This document shows positions 51,117-60,844 of a stretch of DNA of 64,000 nt, one piece after another. Under the pieces are notes generated by a model. It did no database searches. It was not told the origin of the DNA and saw nothing but the letters and a program-made list of their open reading frames with translations. The translations under genes were made by a program, and so were the position numbers. Every line of letters begins with the position of its first letter. The first letter of the stretch is position 1. Origin of the DNA: an uncultured Actinomycetota bacterium (GTDB taxonomy: Bacteria > Actinomycetota > UBA4738 > HRBIN12); assembly GCA_963737525.1 (NCBI GenBank), contig CAVTTD010000034.1:13483-77482 (forward strand), given 5' to 3'.

Positions 51117-51140
51117 GGCAACGGCGTCATGGGAACAACG

Positions 51141-51980
51141 TCACGAGGACAGCGGCCGCCGCCCGCTCACGACCCGGTCCCGTCCGGTGAGGTCCCGACG
51201 CACGGAGAGTTCCGCGAATCCTTCCTGTTCGGCGGCCGCCGACACGGATGCCGCCGTGCTCTCCTCGATCTCGGCGGCCACGAGCCCTCCGGGCCGCAGG
51301 CTCGCGAACGCCTGGTGGAACAGCCGTTCGTAGATGTCGATCCCGCCGAAGACCGCGAGCTCCGGCTCGGCCAGGACGTCCGGTGGCAGCGAGTCGCGCG
51401 CTTCGAGCGCCACGTAGGGAGGGTTGCAGACGACCGCGTCCAGCCCACCGCGAAGGTCGCCCGGAAGCGGCGAGAGCAGATCCCCCTCGAGGACCGTCAC
51501 CTCCAGGTCGAGCGCCTGCGCGTTCTCGCGCGTGAGGGCGACCGCCTCGGGCGAAAGATCGACGGCGTACACCGTCGCGTCGGGGCGTTCGTCTTTGATC
51601 GCCAGCGCGACGGCCCCGCTGCCGGTGGCCACGTCGACCACCGTGGGCGTCTTCGTCTCCGTCAAGCCGTCGAGCGCCACCTGGACGAGCACCTCGGTCT
51701 CCGGCCGTGGGACGAAGACGCCGGGACGCACGCGAACGGTGAGCCGGCGGAATCCCTGCTCACCCGTCACGTGCTGGAGCGGCTCTCCGACGCAGCGCCG
51801 GCAGAGAGCCCGTCCGAAGAGCTTCGCCTCGCGCGACGTCAGTCCCTCCCGGGCGTACATCCCCGTCCGGTCGGTGCCGAGGACGTGGGACAGGAGCCCC
51901 TCGGCGGTGGGAACCGGGCTCTCCACCCCGTGCCGCTCCAGGTACTCGGCCGCGCGCTCGACGACCTGCGCGGGCCGCAC
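51141..51980 (-). CDS. prmC: release factor glutamine methyltransferase
   Basis: PRPETE, TGSGA, NPPY. Confidence 0.96.
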   Translation of the reverse strand: MRPAQVVERAAEYLERHGVESPVPTAEGLLSHVLGTDRTGMYAREGLTSREAKLFGRALCRRCVGEPLQHVTGEQGFRRLTVRVRPGVFVPRPETEVLVQVALDGLTETKTPTVVDVATGSGAVALAIKDERPDATVYAVDLSPEAVALTRENAQALDLEVTVLEGDLLSPLPGDLRGGLDAVVCNPPYVALEARDSLPPDVLAEPELAVFGGIDIYERLFHQAFASLRPGGLVAAEIEESTAASVSAAAEQEGFAELSVRRDLTGRDRVVSGRRPLSS

Positions 51981-51981
51981 G

Positions 51982-53125
51982 TCAGCCCTTCGCGTCCGGC
52001 TGCGCCGACGCTCCCTGGGCGGCCTCCGCGTGCGCCGACCGCTCGTCCTCGGTCTCGGCCAACTGCGCCGATCGCTCGGCGGCGTTCAGTCGCTCGGTGA
52101 AACCGTCCAGCTCGTCCCCGCCGCCGAGCACGTTCGCGAGCTGGTGGGAGGTGTGCTTGATGCGATGGTCGGTGACCCGTCCCTCCGGGAAGTTGTACGT
52201 GCGGATCTTCTCCGACCGCTCCCCCGTGCCCACCATCGAGCGGCGAGCCGCGGCCTCCTTCGCCTGCTGCTCGTCGAGCGCCTTCTGATGGAGACGTGCG
52301 CGCAGATACCGCATCGCCTTCTCGCGGTTCTGCAGCTGCGAACGCTCCTCTTGGACCTCGACCTTGATCCCGCTGGGCTTGTGGACGATCCGCACGGCCG
52401 AGTCGGTCGTGTTCACGGACTGCCCACCGGGTCCGCTCGATCGGTAGACGTCGATGTCGAGATCCTCCGGCCGGATCTCGACCTCCACTTCCTCGGCCTC
52501 GGGCATCACGGCGACCGTCGCGGTCGAGGTGTGGATCCGCCCCTGGGACTCCGTCACCGGGACCCGCTGGACGCGGTGCACGCCGGACTCGTGCTTCAGC
52601 CGCCCGAAGGCGTCGCGCCCGCGGATCCCCACCACGACCTCCTTGAACCCGCCGACCTCCGACGGCGTCGAGGCAAGCACGTCGGTCTTCCACTTCCGCC
52701 GGTCCGCGAGGTGTTGATACATCTCGAACAGGTCGCCTGCCCACAGGGCCGCTTCCTGACCACCGGCACCCGCCCTGATCTCGAGGATGAGATCCTTCCC
52801 GTCGTTGGGATCCTTCGGCACCAGCAACGCTTCGATCCGTCCACGGAGCGCCTCCGCCCTCTCGGATGCCGAGCGAGCTTCCTCCTCGAACGCCTCCGCC
52901 ATCTCGGGGTCGCCCTCCGCGGCCGCGAGCTCATGTGCCTCCGCCGCGTCGGCCGTCGCCTGCCGATACTCCCGGTACGGGGCGGACGATCTGCTCGAGC
53001 TCGGCGAAGAGCTGGCCGAGGGTGCGCATCCGGTCGTGATCGGTCGCCGCCTCGAGCGACGACATCTCAGCCTGGATCTGCTCGAAGCGGGCCTCGATCT
53101 CCTTCAGGCGATCCTCGACGTCCAT
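51982..53125 (-). CDS. prfA: peptide chain release factor 1 (one indel near 52980)
   Basis: PVT anticodon motif (RVPVTE), [13 protein letters not shown]; adjacent to prmC. Confidence 0.96.
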
Positions 53126-53163
53126 GACGCCGATTCTCCCAGGCGCCGTCCCGGCGCCCGGGG

Positions 53164-53927
53164 CTATTCCTCCTGTTCGTCGAAGTCGAGATCGATCGAC
53201 GCGAGATCCGGGAGCTGCAGCGACCCCTCGGTGTTCACCCAGAGATCCTCGTAGCGAGGATCCACCGGCGTGTCGGCACCGTCGGTGTCGTCGGTGTCGT
53301 CGCTCGTCTCCGCGAGGTCGGCGTCTTCCGCATCGGCTCGCGCGGCATCCTCGATCGGTCCGGTCGAGATCGTCCGCGACCTCGATGAGCTTCCCGCGCA
53401 TCTCCTGCAACTGCGCCACCAGAGCCCCGCCGACGGTCGGCGAGACCCGAGAGCAACCGGTCGGATTCGGTCTTGGCTCGCTCCAGCAGATCCGTCCCCT
53501 CCTGCCGGGCCTCCTCGGCATGCGCTTGGGCGTCGACGCGGATGCGGTCGGCCTCGCTCGTCGCCTCGTCGAGCGTTCGGGCCGCATCCGATCTCGCGTT
53601 CTCGAGGATCCTCTCGGCTTCCTGGTCGGCCATCTCGATCAGCGTGGCGAAGCGCTTCGACAGGGTCTCGTACGGGTCGCCGGGCGGCGCAACGGGGGCG
53701 GGCGTCTTCGCATGGTCGGTGCCGTGGTCGCTCCTCGCGGCTGCCGAGCCGGCCTCCAGGCGCAGTTGGCTGAGCTCGCGCTCCAACGTCCCCACCTGCG
53801 TTGCGATCGAAGTGAGGTACGCGCGCACCTGCTGTGGGTCGTATCCGCGACGAACCGTTGCGAACTCGCGTCTGCTGATCTGCTCCGCGCTCGGCAGCAA
53901 CGGCATGTCTAGGTCGCTCGTCGGCAT
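53164..53927 (-). CDS. DivIVA-domain coiled-coil protein with acidic tail (frameshifted)
   Basis: AEQISRREFATVRRGYDPQQVRAYL, coiled coil, tail ...DLDFDEQEE; GGGAGG SD. Confidence 0.82.
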
Positions 53928-54038
53928 GGGGAAACCTCCCGAGTCGTGGGAACCGCTTCATCTTCGCGCAAGAAACGGCCGATGCAACGACCTCCCGCGA
54001 ACGGCCTCCTGCCGTGAATTCCCTTCTCGCTCGGGCCC

Positions 54039-54959
54039 TTATCGCTCGGGCACGGTCGCCTCCGCCTCGCGGCGGAGGAGCTCCCGGAACGACGTGACGG
54101 CGATCTCGATCTGGGAGTGGTCGGGCTGCTGCGTCGTGATCCGCTGCAGCCAGATCCCGGGCTTCATCAGGCCCCGCATCACGAGCGACCCGGGGTGCTT
54201 CGCACCGAACCGGAGCGCCTCGTAGGAGATCGCGGCGATGATCGGGATCGCGATGACGCGGGAGACGATGCGCCACACGAGCGCCGGCGTACCGAACAGC
54301 GTGAACACGAAGATCGTGATGATCATCACGATGATCAGGAAGTTCGTGCCGCACCGGACGTGCTCCTTGGGGTATCGGTCGATCAGCTCGGGCTCCAGCT
54401 CCTCGCCGTGTTCGAACGCCGCGATCGTCTTGTGTTCGGCGCCGTGATACTCGAACACGCGGTGGATGTCCTTCGTCTTGCCGATCAGCCAGAGGTAGGC
54501 GACGAAGATCGCGACGCGGAACACGCCCTCGCCCATCAGCGTGAGGATCCCCGTGCTGCCCGTACGGTTCTCGAACCAGGCGAAGAGCGTGGTCGGTCCG
54601 ATGATGAAGATCCCGACGAAGAGCGCCAACGCGAGGGCGATCGACAAGGCGACCTGACGCGGGGTGAGCTTCTCCTCTTCTTCCAAGGACTGGTTGGCGG
54701 AGACCATCAACGCCCGCATGCCGATCGCGAGCGATTGACCGAGCACGATGATGCCGCGGAAGAACGGCTTCCCCAGGAGCGGGATGCGCAGGACGACGGA
54801 GTCGATCTCGTGCGACTCGACGTGGACCGTGCTGTCGGGCCGACGGACGGCGATCGCCCAGAAGCCGGCGCCGCGCATCATCACGCCCTCGACGACCGCC
54901 TGACCGCCGTAGAGGTGGGTGCGTGGGGACGCCGCTTTGGGGGCCGCTGCCTCCGCCAC
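54039..54959 (-). CDS. DUF1385 membrane protein
   Basis: GGQAVVEGVMM, FEYHGAEHK, HVRCGTNF; usual position between rpmE and prfA. Confidence 0.92.
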   Translation of the reverse strand: MAEAAAPKAASPRTHLYGGQAVVEGVMMRGAGFWAIAVRRPDSTVHVESHEIDSVVLRIPLLGKPFFRGIIVLGQSLAIGMRALMVSANQSLEEEEKLTPRQVALSIALALALFVGIFIIGPTTLFAWFENRTGSTGILTLMGEGVFRVAIFVAYLWLIGKTKDIHRVFEYHGAEHKTIAAFEHGEELEPELIDRYPKEHVRCGTNFLIIVMIITIFVFTLFGTPALVWRIVSRVIAIPIIAAISYEALRFGAKHPGSLVMRGLMKPGIWLQRITTQQPDHSQIEIAVTSFRELLRREAEATVPER

Positions 54960-54966
54960 GGGTCGG

Positions 54967-55194
54967 TTAGCCCTGCTGTGCCTGCTGGGCCGCCTGCGTC
55001 TTCGCGTACCGCCGCTGGAACCGCTCGACCCGGCCCCCCGCGTCCACGAACTTCTGCTTGCCCGTGTAGAAGGGATGGCAGTTCGAGCAGAGCTCAGCGC
55101 GGATCTCACTCACGGTGGAACGGGTCTGGAACGTATTGCCGCACGAGCAGTGCACGTTGGCGATCTGGTATTCGGGATGGATGCCCTGTTTCAT
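54967..55194 (-). CDS. rpmE: 50S ribosomal protein L31 (Zn-binding type)
   Basis: [23 protein letters not shown]. Confidence 0.98.
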   Translation of the reverse strand: MKQGIHPEYQIANVHCSCGNTFQTRSTVSEIRAELCSNCHPFYTGKQKFVDAGGRVERFQRRYAKTQAAQQAQQG

Positions 55195-55253
55195 GTCGTC
55201 TCCTCTTCGGCCACCCAGGGTAACCGAGGCCGTCGACCGTTGGTCAGCGGCCC

Positions 55254-56936
55254 CTACCCTCCGGACGGCGCCTTCGCGATCTCCTTCAGGAACTGCTCGT
55301 TGGACTTCGTCGCACGGATCTTGTCGACGAGCAGCTCGAGCGCCGCGCCCACATCGAGCGCGTGGAGCACCCGTCGCAGCTTGATCACGAGGGCGAGCTC
55401 CTCGGGCGGCAGGAGCAGCTCCTCCTTCCGGGTGCTCGAGGCGTCCACGTTGATCGCCGGGAACAGGCGCTTCTCTGAGAGTGAACGATCGAGACGGAGC
55501 TCCATGTTCCCGGTGCCCTTGAACTCCTCGAAGATCGCGTCGTCCATCCGGGAGCCGGTTTCGACGAGCGCGCTGGCGATGATCGTGAGCGACCCGCCTT
55601 CCTCGATGTTCCTCGCCGCGCCGAAGAACCGCCGCGGGGGGTAGAGGGCGCCCGAGTCGATCCCGCCGGACAGGATCTTGCCCGAGGAAGGCGCAGCCAG
55701 GTTGTAGGCCCGCGACAACCGGGTGATCGAGTCGAGGATGATCGCGACGTCCCTGCCGGATTCGGCGAGACGCCGGGCCCGCTCCAAGACGAGCTCCGTG
55801 ACCTGGATGTGCTGGTCGGTGGGCTTATCGAACGTCGAATAGACGACCTCGGCGGCCTCGACGGTTCGTTGCCAGTCCGTGACCTCCTCCGGCCGCTCAT
55901 CGACGAGGAGCACGATCACGTGCGTGTCGGGACTCGAGCTGATGATCCCGTTCGCGATCTGCTTGAGGACCGTGGTCTTCCCGGCCTTGGGCGGGGACAC
56001 GACCATCCCTCGCTGGCCTTTCCCGATCGGGGCGATCATGTCGATGATCCGCTCGGTCACGGCCGCCGGGCCGGATTCGAGCCGGAACCGATCGTCGGGG
56101 AACAGCGGTGTGAGCTTGTCGAAGTTCTTGCGCTCCGTGACGTCGTCGACGTTGATGTCGTTGACCTTCTCCACCTCGAGGAGTGCCCAGTACTTCTCGT
56201 TGTCCTTGGGTTGGCGCACCTTGCCCGTCACGACATCGCCCTTCCGGAGCTGGTGCTTGCGCACCTGGGACATCGAGACGTAGATGTCGTCGGGACCCGG
56301 CAGGTAGCCGGAGGTGCGCATGAAGCCGTATCCGTCCGGGAGCAGGTCGAGGATGCCGGACGCGGAGGGAGCGGTCTTCAGCGCCTCGATGCGCTCCTGC
56401 TCCTCGCGTTCCCGGCGCTCTTCTCGCTGCTGCCGCCGCTCCTCGCGGGTAGGCCGCCGACGCCGGTTGCGTGGGTCGTTCCGGTCGCCGTCGCCGCCGC
56501 GGTCACCCCCCTGGGGACGTGCGTCCCCGGGGCCCTGACGGTCGTCCGGGCGGCGATCCTCACCGCCCGGGCGACGGTCCTCCTCGGGCCGGCGGTCGCG
56601 GGTCGGCGCGTCGGAGGGCGACCGTTGGTCGGTGTCGCTCGTGGCGCTCTCGGGTCCGGACCCGGCCGCGGCGACGTCGCCCGTTGCGTCGTCGCTCGCG
56701 ACGGCGCCATCGGCCTCCGTCGACACCGCGGCGATCGCCACGGAGCTCTCACGAGATGAGGACGTCGTCGCTTCGCCGTTCCCCGGTCGTTCGCCGTTGG
56801 ACGACGCCTCGACGATCGCGTCGATGAGTCCTGCCTTGCGCAGACGCTGGGATCCTTCGATCCCCATCGTCTGCGCGATCTGCTGCAGCTCCGGGAGGAG
56901 CTTCCCCTCCAACGTGCTGCGATCGATCGTTTCCAT
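55254..56936 (-). CDS. rho: transcription termination factor Rho with N-terminal insertion
   Basis: [28 protein letters not shown]; R/D/G-rich insertion. Confidence 0.98.
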   Translation of the reverse strand: METIDRSTLEGKLLPELQQIAQTMGIEGSQRLRKAGLIDAIVEASSNGERPGNGEATTSSSRESSVAIAAVSTEADGAVASDDATGDVAAAGSGPESATSDTDQRSPSDAPTRDRRPEEDRRPGGEDRRPDDRQGPGDARPQGGDRGGDGDRNDPRNRRRRPTREERRQQREERREREEQERIEALKTAPSASGILDLLPDGYGFMRTSGYLPGPDDIYVSMSQVRKHQLRKGDVVTGKVRQPKDNEKYWALLEVEKVNDINVDDVTERKNFDKLTPLFPDDRFRLESGPAAVTERIIDMIAPIGKGQRGMVVSPPKAGKTTVLKQIANGIISSSPDTHVIVLLVDERPEEVTDWQRTVEAAEVVYSTFDKPTDQHIQVTELVLERARRLAESGRDVAIILDSITRLSRAYNLAAPSSGKILSGGIDSGALYPPRRFFGAARNIEEGGSLTIIASALVETGSRMDDAIFEEFKGTGNMELRLDRSLSEKRLFPAINVDASSTRKEELLLPPEELALVIKLRRVLHALDVGAALELLVDKIRATKSNEQFLKEIAKAPSGG

Positions 56937-56971
56937 CAGTGCCCTGCCTCTCTTTCTGCTGCTTTCGGCTG

Positions 56972-57646
56972 CTAGGGCGTGTCGTTGTGCATGGAGGGCT
57001 GTTCGCCCTGGAGCTTCCGCCAGTCGGCGAGGAATCGCTCCAATCCTGAGTCGGTCAGTGGGTGCTTCACGAGCTTCGTGAAGACGTCGTACGGCATCGT
57101 AGCGATGTCCGCGCCCGCGAGCGCGGCGTCCACGACGTGCATCGGATGACGCAATGACGCGGCCAGCACGTTCGAGGCGTAGCCCTGCACGGCGTAGATC
57201 TCGCAGATGTCGTGGAGGAGCTTCATCCCGTCGGCTCCGATGTCGTCCAGCCGGCCGAGGAACGGTGAGACGCAGTACGCCCCGATCTCGGCGGCGAGGA
57301 TCGCCTGCGTCGCGGAGAAGACCAGGGTCACGTTGGTCCGGATCCCTTCGCTCGTCAGTCGCTTGCCGGTCTCCAGGCCGGCGGGGGTCATCGGCACCTT
57401 GACCACCGCGTTCGGCGCCATCCCCGCGAGGCGAAGCCCTTCCTCGTACATCGGGCCGGCCTCGAGCTCCGTGGTCTCCAGGGAGATGTCGCCGTCGACC
57501 TCCGCGAGGATCTCCTTCCACACGGCCTCGGGGTCGTCGTTCTCCTTCGCGACCAGCGAAGGGTTGGTGGTGACGCCGGAGAGCACGCCCCAGCGATTGA
57601 TCTCGCGGATCTCCTCGATGTCTGCGGTGTCCAGGAACAGTCTCAC
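56972..57646 (-). CDS. tal: transaldolase (TalC/FSA family)
   Basis: FLDTA, GVTTNPSL, VKVP, SPFLGRLDD, HPLTDSGL. Confidence 0.93.
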   Translation of the reverse strand: MRLFLDTADIEEIREINRWGVLSGVTTNPSLVAKENDDPEAVWKEILAEVDGDISLETTELEAGPMYEEGLRLAGMAPNAVVKVPMTPAGLETGKRLTSEGIRTNVTLVFSATQAILAAEIGAYCVSPFLGRLDDIGADGMKLLHDICEIYAVQGYASNVLAASLRHPMHVVDAALAGADIATMPYDVFTKLVKHPLTDSGLERFLADWRKLQGEQPSMHNDTP

Positions 57647-58587
57647 GCCGTCCTCCCCTGTTGTCCGTGTTGCTCTGCTTGCTGCGCCGCCCGCGCGGTG
57701 GCGCGTTCCATCACCAGGTCCAGGACGGCGGAGATCGCCTGGTCGAAGCTGTGGTTCGGAACGATCGGCACTCCGTGGGACAGTGCCTGGCTCTTGATGT
57801 AGCGCTGGAGCTTCCTGATGTTCTCGAAGTTCTGGGCGTAGCGCTCTGCCGGACGGACGCCCGTCTCGCGCCTCGCGAAGTGGTTCAGGTGCCGGCCTTC
57901 GTCATCGACCTCGAGCACCAAGGGTACGGCAACGATGCGATCTCCGAACGGGTCCACGTCGAAGAACCCCGGGACGACGTGGACACCTTCGATGACGATG
58001 CTGGTGCCCTCGGTCGCCGATCGCTTGATCATCGCCTCGATACCCACCGACACGGCCAGCGTCTGCTCCCGGAATCCGGCGACGAGCGCGTCGGAGCGGC
58101 GCGTGGGCTCGCGGACGGCTCGATCGGTCTGGAAGGACGACACGTGCAGCGCCGGCATCAGTTCGGCCGACAGCATCGCGCGCATGACCTCGCGGATGGC
58201 GGCGTCGGTCGCGACCACCCGCACGATCCCCAACCGGTGTGCGAGGTGCGTGGCGATCGTCGACTTCCCGACCCCCACGGCGCCCCCGATCAGGATCACC
58301 AGCGGCACATCGAGCCGCTGCACCTCCTGCCAGCGCGTGAAGTTGGTCGCGTAGCGATCCCCCGCCAGCTCCCGGATGACGTCGAGCGCGATCTGCGACA
58401 GCTCGAGGCTGCTGATCGAGGAACGGCCTTCGTCCAGAAGTCGGACCTCGATCGTCTCCGCCACCTCGTATGCGCGATAGGCGGAGAGCCCCGTGACCAT
58501 GACTTCCGAAGCCATCAGCCCCTTGGAGTAGGGCAGGCCGGGATCCTGGTCGGAGATCGTGATGTGTGGGTTCTTGTCTCTGGTCAT
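57643..58587 (-). CDS. pgk2: 2-phosphoglycerate kinase (ATP-cone + P-loop)
   Basis: LPYSKGLMA ATP-cone start, ILIGGAVGVGKST, TD..IREVMR, LHVSSF, IEGVHVVPG, NFENIRKLQ. Confidence 0.9.
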   Translation of the reverse strand: MTRDKNPHITISDQDPGLPYSKGLMASEVMVTGLSAYRAYEVAETIEVRLLDEGRSSISSLELSQIALDVIRELAGDRYATNFTRWQEVQRLDVPLVILIGGAVGVGKSTIATHLAHRLGIVRVVATDAAIREVMRAMLSAELMPALHVSSFQTDRAVREPTRRSDALVAGFREQTLAVSVGIEAMIKRSATEGTSIVIEGVHVVPGFFDVDPFGDRIVAVPLVLEVDDEGRHLNHFARRETGVRPAERYAQNFENIRKLQRYIKSQALSHGVPIVPNHSFDQAISAVLDLVMERATARAAQQAEQHGQQGRTA

Positions 58588-59918
58588 GAGCGTTCTTCAG
58601 CCCGGCCGAGCGCGGTGTCGATCGCGCCGCCGAGCGCGGTGTCGAGGTCTACGGATCCCTCCACGGCCTCTGCGCGGTTGTCCACGAACACGACCTCCGC
58701 CCCTCGGTCGAGGGCTCTGGCGATCGCCGTATCGACGGCCGCCGCCTTCAGCTCCGTGAGGAGGACGTCGTATCCCTGGACGGCATCGAGGTCTTCGACC
58801 AGGCCGGCGCGATCCGCCAGCCGAGCGCTCCATCCCACGACCCTGCACCCATGGTCGGCCTCGAGGCGTCGGATCAGCCCCTCGACGACCGCAGGAGGAG
58901 CAGTCGTGGTGAAGAACACTTCCTTGCCCCGGATATCTTCCAGCGGTACCGGAACGAAGTCCGTGACGATGAACGCTGCATCGTCCAGGTAACGCCGAAC
59001 AGGGGAACGGAGCTCGGAAAGGTTTTCGAACCCGGATGGGTCGCTAGCCATGGTAGCAACCACCAGGTCCGACCGCAAGAGTCGGTAGGGGCCGAGGTAT
59101 CCACCCAGGTACTCGGGAGGCGCCGTGGCGGGCACCACGAGGATGCCTGCGTCCCAGGGGATCGGTGGGATCGCCGCGCCGCTCCCCTCCACGATCACGA
59201 GCCCGGGGCTGAGGGAGGCCGCCAGCTCGGCGGCCTCCCGGACGTTGGAGGTGTAGGGCGCGCCGGCGAGCCCGCCGCCGGCGCGCCGGGCGCCCACGGT
59301 GGTGACGCCGGTGGTGACGGCGTCCTCCAGGTAGTCCGAAGCGGCGTGGGAGCCCTCGGCGGCCAGCCGCACGAGGTGGTCGAGGTCGACCGAGCCCGCC
59401 ATCGCCAGGGTGGGCTCGGGCGGCCCGCCGCGGCCCATCGCGACGATGACCGGCTGCAGACCGCGGCGGGCCGCCAGTCGGGCCACCGCACCGGCGATCG
59501 CGGTCTTCCCCGTCCGCTTCCCGGTGCCGATGACCGCGAGCGTGGGCATCGCCAGCGGCGGGCCGAGCGCCGGTGGCTCGAATCGGAAGTCGGGGCCCAC
59601 GTACGGGATGCCCGCCACCAGAGCGACGGCCGCCATCTCCATCCGCTCCCGGTACCCCAGGACGGGCTCGTCGGAGAGGTCGAGGACGACCTCCGGAGAG
59701 CGTTCGGCGATGGCGGCGCGCAGCGCGTGCATCGGGTCCCCGGCGACAACGAGGAGGGGCACGCCGAGGTCGGGCGGCTCGCCGCCGGGAGCGAGCTTCT
59801 CGGTCCCGCCGACGAGGAGCGCGGCCACGATCTCGTGGCCGCGCTCCCGCGCCACTTCCAAAGCGGCGCGTGTGACCGGCGGGTAGTGCTCGCCGTCCAC
59901 GAGGACGAGCGTTCGCAT
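58584..59918 (-). CDS. cpgS: cyclic 2,3-diphosphoglycerate synthetase
   Basis: LVDGEHYPPV, GGTEK, DLSDEPVL, GTGKRTGKTA, MGRGGP, HAASDYLEDA, RRAGGGLAG, EGSGAAIPP, TELKAAAVD; overlaps pgk2. Confidence 0.92.
   Translation of the reverse strand: MRTLVLVDGEHYPPVTRAALEVARERGHEIVAALLVGGTEKLAPGGEPPDLGVPLLVVAGDPMHALRAAIAERSPEVVLDLSDEPVLGYRERMEMAAVALVAGIPYVGPDFRFEPPALGPPLAMPTLAVIGTGKRTGKTAIAGAVARLAARRGLQPVIVAMGRGGPPEPTLAMAGSVDLDHLVRLAAEGSHAASDYLEDAVTTGVTTVGARRAGGGLAGAPYTSNVREAAELAASLSPGLVIVEGSGAAIPPIPWDAGILVVPATAPPEYLGGYLGPYRLLRSDLVVATMASDPSGFENLSELRSPVRRYLDDAAFIVTDFVPVPLEDIRGKEVFFTTTAPPAVVEGLIRRLEADHGCRVVGWSARLADRAGLVEDLDAVQGYDVLLTELKAAAVDTAIARALDRGAEVVFVDNRAEAVEGSVDLDTALGGAIDTALGRAEERS
59050..59078 (-). 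promoter_or_regulatory. putative internal sigma70 promoter inside cpgS
   Basis: TTGCGG-N17-TACCAT at the point where cpgS codons switch to A/T-ending. Confidence 0.45.
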
Positions 59919-59961
59919 GTGGTCTCCTTGCCGGGCCGGATGGAGTTGGGGTTCGCCGCGG

Positions 59962-60765
59962 TCAGTCGGCGGGAGGTTGGCCGGACACCTGCGCCGACTC
60001 CTGCACCAGGCTTTCACCTTCGCGCTGCATCTGGGTTCCGGTCGCGATCGCGACCTGCGCCATCTGCTGTCGCTCGCCGAACGGGAACTTCCGGAAGATC
60101 GTGACCTCCCCCGCCTCGATCTCCAGCACGTTGTAGCAGGGCTTCGTGTGCCCCCGCACGCGAAGGGACGAACACGTGCCCGCGCTCGCGAGGTACATGT
60201 CCTCGAGCCGCCACACGTAGGGGACATGCTTGTGGCCGGCGAGGACCACGTGCACGCCGGCGTGCACGAGGACCTCGAGGAGGTCTCCGGCGTCCATCAC
60301 CGTGCTTCGCTCGCGTCCGGTCCCCGGGATCGGGATCAGATGATGGTGCAGGACGAACACCTTGAGGTCCGCGGGATCGGCGAACTGCTCCGTGATCCAC
60401 GCGTAATGGCTCCGTCCCACCATCCCCTCGTTCAGGTCGGGTTCGCTGGAATCGACGCCGACGATCCGGATTCCCTCGACGTCCACGGACCAATTCCGAG
60501 CGCCGATCAGCTCTTCGAAGTGCAGGTACCCGACGTTCCGCGAGTCGTGGTTGCCGGGGATCGTGTGCAACGGCGCCTCGATCCGCTCGGCGTAGGAGAG
60601 CCAGGCTTGGTACTCCTGCCGGTACCCGTCCGTCGTCAGGTCCCCACTGCAGATCACCGCATCGGGTTGCAATCCATTGATCTCCTCGATCACCCGATGG
60701 AGCAGGTTCGGCACGAAGTGGGGGGAACCGACGTGCGGATCTGAGATGTGGGCGATCGTGACCAC
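59962..60765 (-). CDS. calcineurin-like metallophosphoesterase (CpdA/Icc-like)
   Basis: SDPH, SGDLT, PGNHD, LHHH, GHKH; TACACT 6 nt before GTG. Confidence 0.93.
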   Translation of the reverse strand: MVTIAHISDPHVGSPHFVPNLLHRVIEEINGLQPDAVICSGDLTTDGYRQEYQAWLSYAERIEAPLHTIPGNHDSRNVGYLHFEELIGARNWSVDVEGIRIVGVDSSEPDLNEGMVGRSHYAWITEQFADPADLKVFVLHHHLIPIPGTGRERSTVMDAGDLLEVLVHAGVHVVLAGHKHVPYVWRLEDMYLASAGTCSSLRVRGHTKPCYNVLEIEAGEVTIFRKFPFGERQQMAQVAIATGTQMQREGESLVQESAQVSGQPPAD

Positions 60766-60844
60766 GTCGGCAGTGTAGGGGGCGGCGCCATCCGTCGACG
60801 CGCGTCCACCGAAGCGACGAGGCGGCGTGGGACGATATCGCCCC

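Noticed and set aside
52970-52990. Frameshift in a release factor gene, suggesting prfB-style programmed frameshifting
   Set aside because: The gene is RF1 (PVT motif, next to prmC), there is no CTT-TGA slippery site, and the shift is one extra base in a G/C homopolymer.
56440-56620. Short repeats ([18 protein letters not shown]) within rho
   Set aside because: Low-complexity N-terminal insertion known in actinobacterial Rho; not a DNA repeat array.
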